The position numbers and the translations under genes are program-made. The notes below the pieces were generated by a model. The model ran no database searches. It was not told the origin of the DNA and worked only from the letters and a program-made list of their open reading frames with translations. Positions 46,975 through 54,676 of a DNA stretch of 64,000 nt are shown piece by piece. The stretch is from an uncultured Actinomycetota bacterium (GTDB lineage Bacteria; Actinomycetota; Actinomycetes; Streptosporangiales; Streptosporangiaceae): the NCBI GenBank assembly GCA_963787665.1, contig CAWBDZ010000011.1, forward strand, positions 910,774-974,773, given 5' to 3'. Position 1 is the first letter of the stretch. Each line of letters begins with the position of its first letter.

Positions 46975-48345
46975 TCAGAGGCCCAACACCACCGGATCCG
47001 GTTTCCGGCCGGCCAGCGCCGCCAGCGCTGCCGAACTCGTTCCGGCCCCGGCTGCCAGGGCACCAAGTAAGCAACGGACGGCGAGCGCCGAATCGAATCC
47101 GGCCAGCTGGAGCGCGCGCTCGGCTCGTTCGAGCTCGGCGGGCGCTAGCTCTGGCGGTCGGCCCGGTCCGGCCGGCAGCTCGCCGCGAAGCAATGGTCCG
47201 ACGTACTCGCAGAAGGCCAGGTAGGACTCCCGGGTGAAGTCGCTCTCGTACCGGTCCGGACGGTCGAAGGACAAGTAGAGCCGGACGAGCTCGGGATCCT
47301 CGGTGGCCAGGAATTCATTTGCCCACAGCGCATGATTACGGCTGGTGGAGAACTTCTGGCCGTCCAGCAGGTACAGCTCGTTGACAGTTGCCCCGCGCAG
47401 CAGCGGCCTGCTGACTCCGGCGGCGGCAAGAATCGCCGGGTACAAGACCGTGAAGTAGAACGCGTTGTCGATGCCGTTGAAATGCCATACGCCGTCGACA
47501 TCATCGAAGGCCCCGATGCGTGCTGCGAGCGTGTCGGCGTCGGGCCGCAGTGCCTTGGCCGGACCGTATATGTAGCTCAGCCCCAGCTCGGTCGGGAAAT
47601 CCAGGCGCAGGCCGGCCAGGTCCTCGTCGCATTCGATGCCCCAGTTGGTGGGGTAGGCGACCGGATAATCCGGCAGCGGGTTGTCGAGGTAATGCGCCAG
47701 GAAGGCCCGGACCCTAGGCGGCAGGTCGGCCAGTTGCCACTCGGCCACAAGGTTCGCGCGGTAATCCTCGAGCGGCAGCACCGGCACGCGGAGCGTCATC
47801 GGCCGCGGGCTGCCGCCACACCATGCGCAGCTGGGATCGATCAGCAACTCGGATGAGGTGAAAGCGCCGCATGGCTCACATGAAAGGCCGTTGGCGCCGC
47901 TGCCGCAGATAGGACACTTGCCGACGACGTAGGCATGGTGCAAGGTGCGGCCGCAGTCGGCGCACTCGTGCATCGTGACCTCTCGGATCGACAGTGCGCC
48001 GCGGGCCATGAGCTCGGCCAGCATGCCGAGCGCTGCCCGTTCGAACTTCGGATCCTGCGGGTCGAGGAAGACGTCGTAGCCAATGCCCGCGAGCTCGAAC
48101 GCCGTTGCTATCTGGCCGCGGAACTTCGCGACCATCTCGACGGGGTCGACGCCAAGGAATTCCGCCTTGAGGTGCACGAAATTCGGATGGACATCAATGC
48201 CTGCCAATGTGAGCACGCGCTCCCCGCGGGATCTGGCGGCTCGGGCCGCGATGTCGGCCGCCAGATACGGACCTGACAAATGACCGATATGCAGCGGACC
48301 GTTGACTGTAGGCTGCGGGATGACGATTACAGTCACGCCTGTCAC
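46975..48345 (-). CDS. methionyl-tRNA-synthetase-like class I ligase paralog (catalytic domain only)
   Basis: 456 aa. HIGH motif (NGPLHIGHLSG), MetRS-type Zn knuckles (CADCG...CPICG...CEPCG...CAWCG), degenerate KMSKS (KFSTSRN). Too short to carry a full anticodon-binding/C-terminal domain. GTG start preceded by GGGAAGGGAGA. Confidence 0.8.
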   Translation of the reverse strand: MTGVTVIVIPQPTVNGPLHIGHLSGPYLAADIAARAARSRGERVLTLAGIDVHPNFVHLKAEFLGVDPVEMVAKFRGQIATAFELAGIGYDVFLDPQDPKFERAALGMLAELMARGALSIREVTMHECADCGRTLHHAYVVGKCPICGSGANGLSCEPCGAFTSSELLIDPSCAWCGGSPRPMTLRVPVLPLEDYRANLVAEWQLADLPPRVRAFLAHYLDNPLPDYPVAYPTNWGIECDEDLAGLRLDFPTELGLSYIYGPAKALRPDADTLAARIGAFDDVDGVWHFNGIDNAFYFTVLYPAILAAAGVSRPLLRGATVNELYLLDGQKFSTSRNHALWANEFLATEDPELVRLYLSFDRPDRYESDFTRESYLAFCEYVGPLLRGELPAGPGRPPELAPAELERAERALQLAGFDSALAVRCLLGALAAGAGTSSAALAALAGRKPDPVVLGL

Positions 48346-49054
48346 GGTGTCTCCCTTCCCGCTGCCAGGATGGCCACTGCATCCGTCCCGGCGTTGGGCG
48401 CATTAGTCGAGCCTCCATTGGCTCGTGACTTATCCCGGGGAACTAGCAAAATAAGCGCGCTTGCGCCGAACACCAAACGCGCGGGAACGGCCACGGTGGT
48501 CAGACCGTTGAACGTGGGTCACATTCGCTCGGTCAGCATGACAGCCTGTCGGGACGCCTAGCAGCACTCACGTGAATGGCAGAGCCACCACTCCCCTCAG
48601 TCGCACTTGGCGAGCGCGTCGTATTACAAATCGGTGAAGATCGAGTTCGTTTGGGAGTCTACGACGCCATTCGAGTCCTGCCAAGCCCCTGATTAGCAGC
48701 CAATCCTGTCCAGTCGCAGTGGCATCAACGGATGCATTGGTCCGATTAATTTTCTTCAGCGTCTCGTTGCCTCTTGCGGCAACGTCTGTCACAAGAGTTT
48801 GCAGACCATCTTGGCATTGCGGCGAGCAGCGACGGCGGTTAGCCTTCTCGCAGAATGGCTGCAAGGCCGGGCGTCTTGCCGTGGCCACAGCCGGTAGCGA
48901 CGCTGCTGCCCGGAAGGGGTGGTGCAGGCAACCGCCGGAGAACGGGTAGTCAAGAACGTTCGGAATGGGCAGTGACGGAATGCCGCACGGCCTGCCCTGC
49001 ACTATATCCAAGTGCTTTAAGCGCCAGCTCGCCGGAGAAGTCAAGGAGGCCTGG
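48346..49054. promoter_or_regulatory. about 700-bp comparatively AT-rich divergent intergenic region between the two cluster operons
   Basis: No ORF with genome-typical GC3. Visibly lower GC (e.g. ccgattaattttcttcagcg). Flanked by outward-facing starts at 48345 (-) and 49055 (+). Confidence 0.6.
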
Positions 49055-49771
49055 GTGAGTCACGCAGATTCGGCCCGAGACGCTGCTGCCATTCCATTGT
49101 GGAATGACGCCTACGATCAGGCTCACCTGCAGGACCATGAGAATCTGTGGGGGGACCCGCCGGTTCCGTTCGCATTGACGGCGGCGCAGTTGTTCGCCAC
49201 CGGTGCCGCTGCTGTGATTATCGACTTGCCATGCGGTGACGGCCGGAACCTGCCGCCCCTAGCCGACGGCGCACCTATTGTGCTAGCGGGCGACACCTCG
49301 GTCAAGGCGATGGTCATTGCCGAAGGCGTGACGAACCGGGCTGGCATCAGGCACAAGGTGGTCTTCACCAGGACTGACGTCTTCGCCACTGGACTGCTCG
49401 ATGATTCCGTGGATGGCGTCTTCTGCTGGGACCTGCTTGGTCATCTGACCAACGCCGCTGATGCGCTTCGCGAGCTGTACAGGATCACTCGGCCAGGCGG
49501 CTGCATTGTGGCCAACATGTGGACCATGAACGACTGCCAGACTTCCGACCCGAATATCCGGGAAATCGCGCCGAAGGAATATATCGATCATTTCGACTTT
49601 TACTGCAGGTTCTACGATCGAGACGACATTACGGGGCTACTGGCGTCGGTCGGGATGACCGCCGAGTCGGTGGCGGTGTCCGCCTGGCGGGAGCCAGGTC
49701 ACGCGGACTACCGGACGTACGAGCACGATCACGAGAGCCTGGTCTTCGTCATCAGGAAGCCCAGGATCTGA
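49055..49771 (+). CDS. class I SAM-dependent methyltransferase
   Basis: VIIDLPCGDGRN (motif I), DGVFCWDLLGHL, RPGGCIV. GTG 49055 is preceded by AAGGAGG at optimal spacing (the track start 48965 is unlikely). Confidence 0.8.
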   Translation: MSHADSARDAAAIPLWNDAYDQAHLQDHENLWGDPPVPFALTAAQLFATGAAAVIIDLPCGDGRNLPPLADGAPIVLAGDTSVKAMVIAEGVTNRAGIRHKVVFTRTDVFATGLLDDSVDGVFCWDLLGHLTNAADALRELYRITRPGGCIVANMWTMNDCQTSDPNIREIAPKEYIDHFDFYCRFYDRDDITGLLASVGMTAESVAVSAWREPGHADYRTYEHDHESLVFVIRKPRI

Positions 49772-49822
49772 AGGCCGGCGCGAAAAGGGCTGAACACTAG
49801 GCATGAGAGAAGTCTGACGACG

Positions 49823-50824
49823 GTGGGCGCGCGTGATCTCCGGCCGGCCGATGGTGACGAAGGTTATCGGACACGGCAGTTTGGCGTCGGGATCGGCTAT
49901 GCCCCGGCCCACCACGGCGAACTGCTGCAGGGCATCTTCGATGATGGTGCGGGGCACCTGCGCCGGGCGCTTGTCACCTTGCCGCAGCGGGGGCGGGGTA
50001 GCCGCGCGGTGTTCAGGCCGAGCGGGAATCACTGGGGCGTTGTCGGAACGCCGGAACTTGTGAAGGTGAGGCGCGCGGCGGTACTCGCGCTGCGCGAGTT
50101 CGCCACCCACCCGGCCCCGGTCAAGGGCGGCCAGATCGAGATCATCAGGGACTTCCCGCTGGGCGTGGGGATGGGCTCGTCGACCAGTGACGTCACCGCG
50201 ACGATCCGCGCGGTTGCTGATTTCCACGGTGTCATGCTGTCGCGCGAAGAAGTTGGCCGGCTGGCTGTGCTGGCTGAGGTTGCCTCGGACTCGATCATGA
50301 TCGATGACCGTGTCGTGCTTTTCGCCCACCGCGACGGGCAGGTACTGGAGACGTTCGGTCACCGGCTGCCGTCCATGATCGTCGTTGGTTGCGATACCCA
50401 GCCAGGATCGGTCGTCGACACTCTCGGCCTGCAGCAGGCTGACTACAGCAGCCGGGAAGTGGGAGCTTTTCAGGTCTTGCGTGGTGCGATCCGGCGAGCA
50501 ATCGCGACCGAGGATGTGGCGCTGCTGGGCCGGGTGACGACGGCAAGCGCCCGTATCAACCAGCGATTCCTGGCCAAGCCCGCGCTGGAGACCCTGCTCG
50601 AGCTGAACCTTCGGCTCGGCGGCTGCGGCATCCAGGTCGCGCATAGCGGCACTGTAGCCGGGCTGATCTTCGACTCGAGGCTGCCCGGAATCGAGGCCAC
50701 GGTCGAGCGCTGCGTCACGGGTATCAACGAGATTGGCCTCGCGATGACCGCGGTGATCAGTCCGCAGCCTGCAGCGGGCGGCAGCGCGCCGCCAGTGCCG
50801 GTCACTGCGATGGTGTCGGCGTGA
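49823..50824 (+). CDS. GHMP-family kinase (PduX/L-threonine-kinase-like)
   Basis: 333 aa. N-terminal APAHHGELLQG and GHMP motif II PLGVGMGSSTSDVTA. Confidence 0.7.
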   Translation: MGARDLRPADGDEGYRTRQFGVGIGYAPAHHGELLQGIFDDGAGHLRRALVTLPQRGRGSRAVFRPSGNHWGVVGTPELVKVRRAAVLALREFATHPAPVKGGQIEIIRDFPLGVGMGSSTSDVTATIRAVADFHGVMLSREEVGRLAVLAEVASDSIMIDDRVVLFAHRDGQVLETFGHRLPSMIVVGCDTQPGSVVDTLGLQQADYSSREVGAFQVLRGAIRRAIATEDVALLGRVTTASARINQRFLAKPALETLLELNLRLGGCGIQVAHSGTVAGLIFDSRLPGIEATVERCVTGINEIGLAMTAVISPQPAAGGSAPPVPVTAMVSA

Positions 50825-51924
50825 TGAGCATCAGAACTAGCTACGCCGAAGCCACTGACGCCTATCAGCTGCCGCGTCTGATCAGGTTGACCGCCAATCT
50901 CTATGCCGCCAGCTTCACCTTGATGAAGATGATCCCGGCCCGTTACATCCTGCGCCAGGCCGCAGCTCTCGGGACGCTGGAACCAGGCGCGGTCATCACG
51001 GAGACAACCTCGGGCACCTTCGGGCTCGCACTGGCGATGCAAGCCGTGCATATGGGCCACCCCCTGATCCTGGTCAGCGATCCCGTCATCGACGAGCGGC
51101 TTTACCGCAGGCTGACTGACCTGGGTGCAGTCGTGGACCGGGTGCCCGCCTCGGCGAGTGCGATGGCCGGCGGGTTCCAGGCCGCGCGCCTGCAGCGGCT
51201 TGCCGAGATACGCGCGGAGCACGAGCTCACTTTCTGCCCCGAGCAGTACTCGAATCCGGATAACCCGCGCTCGTACGCCACTGTCGCCGAGCTGTTCCTG
51301 GAATGCCTGGGTCAGGTCGACTGCATGGTGGGCCCGGTCGGATCTGGCGGCTCCATGTGCGGGACGGTGACCGCACTGCGATCCATCATTCCGGAGTGCC
51401 GCGCCATCGGGGTCGATACTCACGGGAGTGTGCTATTCGGACACGCCGACGGCCCGCGTGAACTGCGCGGAATGGGCATGAGCCTGATGCCAGCCAACTT
51501 GGATCACCGGGTCTTCGACAGCGTGCACTGGTGCGCGCCCGGGCCGGCTTATCTGGCCACCCGGCAGTTGCACCGCCAGCACGCGCTGTTCATGGGACCG
51601 TCCAGCGGCGCCGCCTACCTGGTGGCTCTGTGGTGGGCGAACGCCAACCCGGGTGCCGTCACCGTGGTCATGCTGCCCGACGAGGGATACCGCTACCAGG
51701 ACACCGTCTATGACGACGAATGGCTGCGGGCGCACGGACACACTGATCAGCCGCTGCCGGCCGACCCGGTGACCGTCGCCGATCCGGCCCGGCCGGAAGG
51801 CAACTGGACCGAGTACAACTGGGCACGCCGCTCATACGCCCAGGTGCTCGCAGCGCAGGCCGAGCGGTTGGGCGCTCAGATTGCCGACAGCGAACCGGTC
51901 GCGGGCCAGGTGAGCGCGCGTTGA
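50821..51924 (+). CDS. PLP-dependent fold-type II enzyme (cysteine synthase / SbnA-like beta-replacement enzyme)
   Basis: 367 aa. FTLMKMIPA (candidate PLP Lys), ETTSGTFGLALA, GPVGSGGSMCG, GPSSGAAY. Overlaps both neighbours by 4 nt. Confidence 0.75.
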   Translation: MMSIRTSYAEATDAYQLPRLIRLTANLYAASFTLMKMIPARYILRQAAALGTLEPGAVITETTSGTFGLALAMQAVHMGHPLILVSDPVIDERLYRRLTDLGAVVDRVPASASAMAGGFQAARLQRLAEIRAEHELTFCPEQYSNPDNPRSYATVAELFLECLGQVDCMVGPVGSGGSMCGTVTALRSIIPECRAIGVDTHGSVLFGHADGPRELRGMGMSLMPANLDHRVFDSVHWCAPGPAYLATRQLHRQHALFMGPSSGAAYLVALWWANANPGAVTVVMLPDEGYRYQDTVYDDEWLRAHGHTDQPLPADPVTVADPARPEGNWTEYNWARRSYAQVLAAQAERLGAQIADSEPVAGQVSAR

Positions 51925-53420
51925 CGGGGACCGGACGGCTGCTGGGTGAACTCGGGCCGTGGACCCAGCGCGTCGTCTATGGCGAGCTAACTCAGGCCGA
52001 CATCGATGCTGAACTGCCGCTGATGGTGCAGGTCGATCAGGCGCATCTGGTCATGCTCGCGGAGCAGGAGCTTATCCCGGCGGCAGCCGCTGCGGATTTG
52101 CTGCGCTGCATTGACGCGCTAGCGGCGCAGCGGTTCGCACCGCTGCTTCAACGGCCAGCGCCGCGCGGCCTCTATCTCATGTACGAGGGCTACCTCATCG
52201 AGCAACTCGGCGCCGACATCGGCGGCGTGCTGCACTCCGGCCGGTCCCGGAACGATCTGAAGGCAACGATCACGAGCCTGCGACTTCGGGCCTGGCTGCT
52301 GGGTTTCACTGCGCAGGCAGTCCGGCTCGAGGCGGTGCTGCTGTCCAGGGCCCGGGCCTACCGGGCGATCGTGATGCCTGCCTACACCCACTTCCAGGCA
52401 GCGATGCCAGTCACCTATGGCTACTACCTGCTCGGGATAGCTATCGCGCTCGGCCGTGAGATCGACGCGCTGCAATCTGCCGCGGCGGGTCTGCAGGCCA
52501 GTCCGCTCGGCGCGGCGGCTGTGGCCGGCACCGATCTGCCGATCGACGCCGGTCGCACGGCACGGCTGCTCGGATTCTCCGGCCCGCATGGCCACGCGCT
52601 GGATGCCGTGGCGAGCAGGGATGTACCGCTGCGGCTACTCGCCGCTGCCACCGGGGCGGGAATCGTGCTGAGCCGCCTGGCGACCGACCTCCAGCTATGG
52701 AGCACATTTGAATTCGGCCTGATCAGCTTTCCGGACCGGCTAGTCGGCGGCAGTTCTGCGATGCCGCAGAAGCGCAACGCTTTCCTGCTCGAGCATGTCA
52801 AGGCGAAGGTGGGTCACGCTCTTGGTGCCTGGGCCGGCGCTGCGGCGATGATGGCAGCCGCGCCGTTCACGAACTCGATCGAGGTCGGCACCGAAGCGAT
52901 GGCCGGCATCTGGCCCGGCCTGCTAGCCGCAGAGCAGAGCGTGCTGCTTGGTCAGGTGCTCGTGAGCGGCGCCCGGCCCGCTGCGGCTCGCATGATGCAG
53001 CGTGCCCAGACAGGGTTCACCACCGCGACGGCGGTGGCCAACCGCCTGGTCCGCTGCGGCGTCCCCTTCCGCACTGCGCACCACATGGTCGGTGACGCGG
53101 TGCGTCAGGCGGTGGAAGCCGGTTCGACCGAGCTGGCTGACTTCGGCCCGCCAGGCTGGCTGGACCGGATCGAGCTAGCCGATCTTGATTTGCCATCGGT
53201 TGTCCGCGCGCACGTGCACGGCGGCGGTCCGGGCGCGTTCGCTGACTTGTTCAGTAACGCTGTGCAGGCGTGGACGCATCACCATGACTGGCTGAACGCG
53301 TGGCGAGCGAACGACGTCGCGGCGGGAACGATGCTTGCCGCGGCCGTCCAGCAGTTGTCCGGCAGCCTTCTTCGATCGGCTGAGCCTGAGGTCGCCGCTG
53401 ACCGGGAGCGCGCGCGGTGA
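51921..53420 (+). CDS. argininosuccinate-lyase-like (fumarase/aspartase superfamily) lyase
   Basis: 499 aa. HSGRSRNDLKAT, MPAYTHFQAAMPVT, GGSSAMPQKRN signature, and GVPFRTAHHMVGDAV, which closely parallels the E. coli ArgH segment GVPFREAHHIVGEAV. Confidence 0.8.
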   Translation: MTGTGRLLGELGPWTQRVVYGELTQADIDAELPLMVQVDQAHLVMLAEQELIPAAAAADLLRCIDALAAQRFAPLLQRPAPRGLYLMYEGYLIEQLGADIGGVLHSGRSRNDLKATITSLRLRAWLLGFTAQAVRLEAVLLSRARAYRAIVMPAYTHFQAAMPVTYGYYLLGIAIALGREIDALQSAAAGLQASPLGAAAVAGTDLPIDAGRTARLLGFSGPHGHALDAVASRDVPLRLLAAATGAGIVLSRLATDLQLWSTFEFGLISFPDRLVGGSSAMPQKRNAFLLEHVKAKVGHALGAWAGAAAMMAAAPFTNSIEVGTEAMAGIWPGLLAAEQSVLLGQVLVSGARPAAARMMQRAQTGFTTATAVANRLVRCGVPFRTAHHMVGDAVRQAVEAGSTELADFGPPGWLDRIELADLDLPSVVRAHVHGGGPGAFADLFSNAVQAWTHHHDWLNAWRANDVAAGTMLAAAVQQLSGSLLRSAEPEVAADRERAR

Positions 53421-54676
53421 CGTCAGGCTGGTTCGTGCTCGTGGAGAGCAACACCACCGGGTCAGGCAGGCTGTTCTGCGAACGCGCTCGCAAGCTCGGG
53501 CTCGTTCCGGTCATGCTCGCTCGCGATCCGGGCAGGTATCCGTACCTACGCCGGGACGCCATCGAAGGGCGGCTAGCCGACACCGCCGACCCGGATGCGC
53601 TGCTGGCGGCCTGCGCGAAGCTCGGCGGCCGGATCGCTGGGGTCACGAGCAGCTCGGAATACTTCATCGGGATAGCGGCGCAGGTCGCCCGGTCGCTCGG
53701 GCTGCCGCACCCCGACCCGGCCGCCATCGCGTGCTGCCGGGATAAGCAAGCACAGCGAACCCGGTTCCGCCGAGCCGGCCTGCCGTGCCCGGCGTACGAA
53801 GCCGCGAGCACCGCCAAAGATGCCGTCGCCACGGCGCGCCGGATTGGGCTGCCGGTCGTGGTCAAGCCGATAGCCGGATCCGGCTCAGTGGGCGTGCGGC
53901 TTTGTGCGAGCCTGGCCGATGTCGCAGCGGCGGCCGGCCACGTTCTCGGCTCCGATGCTGCCGCGTTAGGCCTTCCGCCGCAGGGATCGGTGCTGGTAGA
54001 GCAATTGCTTGACGGGCCGGAGTATTCGGCCGAGGTGCTCGGTGGCGAACTGGTAGGCATCACCCGGAAGTGGCTGGGACCGTTGCCTTACTTCGTCGAG
54101 ATCGGCCATGACTTTCCGGCACCGCTGCTGCCTGCGGAGCAGACGCTGATCCGGCATGCTGCGCTGGCTGGGCTGCACGCCGTGGGCCTGAACTCTGGCG
54201 CTGCTCACATTGAGCTGCGACGCACTTCGAGCGGCCCGGTCATCGTGGAGATCAATCCGCGGCTGGCCGGAGGCATGATCCCGCGCGCGGTGCAGGAAGC
54301 CACCGGCATCGACATGATCCACCATGTGGTTGCGCAAGCGGCTGGTGTCACCGATCCGCCAGCGCCGACCAGATCCGCAGCGGCTTCGATCCGGTTCCTG
54401 ACCGCGCAAACAACGGGCCGGCTGGCGGCCATCACCGGGATTGAGCTGGCACGGCAGTTGCCCGGGGTCGTCGAGGTGGGCCTCACCTGCGAGATCGGGC
54501 AGCCGGTAGAGGTGCGGCACTCCTTCTCCGACCGTCTCGGATACGTGATCGCGGCGGCAGATTCCGGGCCAGCCGCGGCGCGCGCCGCCGAAGCAGGGCT
54601 GGCCGCATTGGACGCGCAGATCGCGCCGACCGACTCCGGCTACTCCCGCGCGCGGGCGCGGGCGGTGCGACCATGA
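53417..54676 (+). CDS. ATP-grasp domain protein (L-amino-acid-ligase-like)
   Basis: 419 aa. CRDKQAQRTRFRRAG, IGLPVVVKPIAGSGSVGVRL, VLVEQLLDGPEYSAEV, VIVEINPRLAGG. Confidence 0.8.
   Translation: MTSGWFVLVESNTTGSGRLFCERARKLGLVPVMLARDPGRYPYLRRDAIEGRLADTADPDALLAACAKLGGRIAGVTSSSEYFIGIAAQVARSLGLPHPDPAAIACCRDKQAQRTRFRRAGLPCPAYEAASTAKDAVATARRIGLPVVVKPIAGSGSVGVRLCASLADVAAAAGHVLGSDAAALGLPPQGSVLVEQLLDGPEYSAEVLGGELVGITRKWLGPLPYFVEIGHDFPAPLLPAEQTLIRHAALAGLHAVGLNSGAAHIELRRTSSGPVIVEINPRLAGGMIPRAVQEATGIDMIHHVVAQAAGVTDPPAPTRSAAASIRFLTAQTTGRLAAITGIELARQLPGVVEVGLTCEIGQPVEVRHSFSDRLGYVIAAADSGPAAARAAEAGLAALDAQIAPTDSGYSRARARAVRP

Noticed and set aside
48576-48692. 38-aa ORF (MAEPPLPSVALGERVVLQIGEDRVRLGVYDAIRVLPSP) considered as a possible precursor peptide for the ATP-grasp ligases (graspetide/pheganomycin-style)
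   Set aside because: It has no Shine-Dalgarno sequence, atypical codon usage, and no Ser/Thr/Asp/Glu-rich core expected for graspetides. The ATP-grasps look like L-amino-acid ligases rather than RiPP macrocyclases. It would only be worth revisiting if Ribo-seq shows translation.
48568-49044. 158-aa minus-strand ORF inside the long cluster spacer
   Set aside because: Third-position GC is far below that of neighbouring genes (many tta, ata, att, caa, aga codons). It has no SD and no motif, and its 5' end overlaps the SD region just upstream of the methyltransferase start at 49055. I treat it as non-coding.
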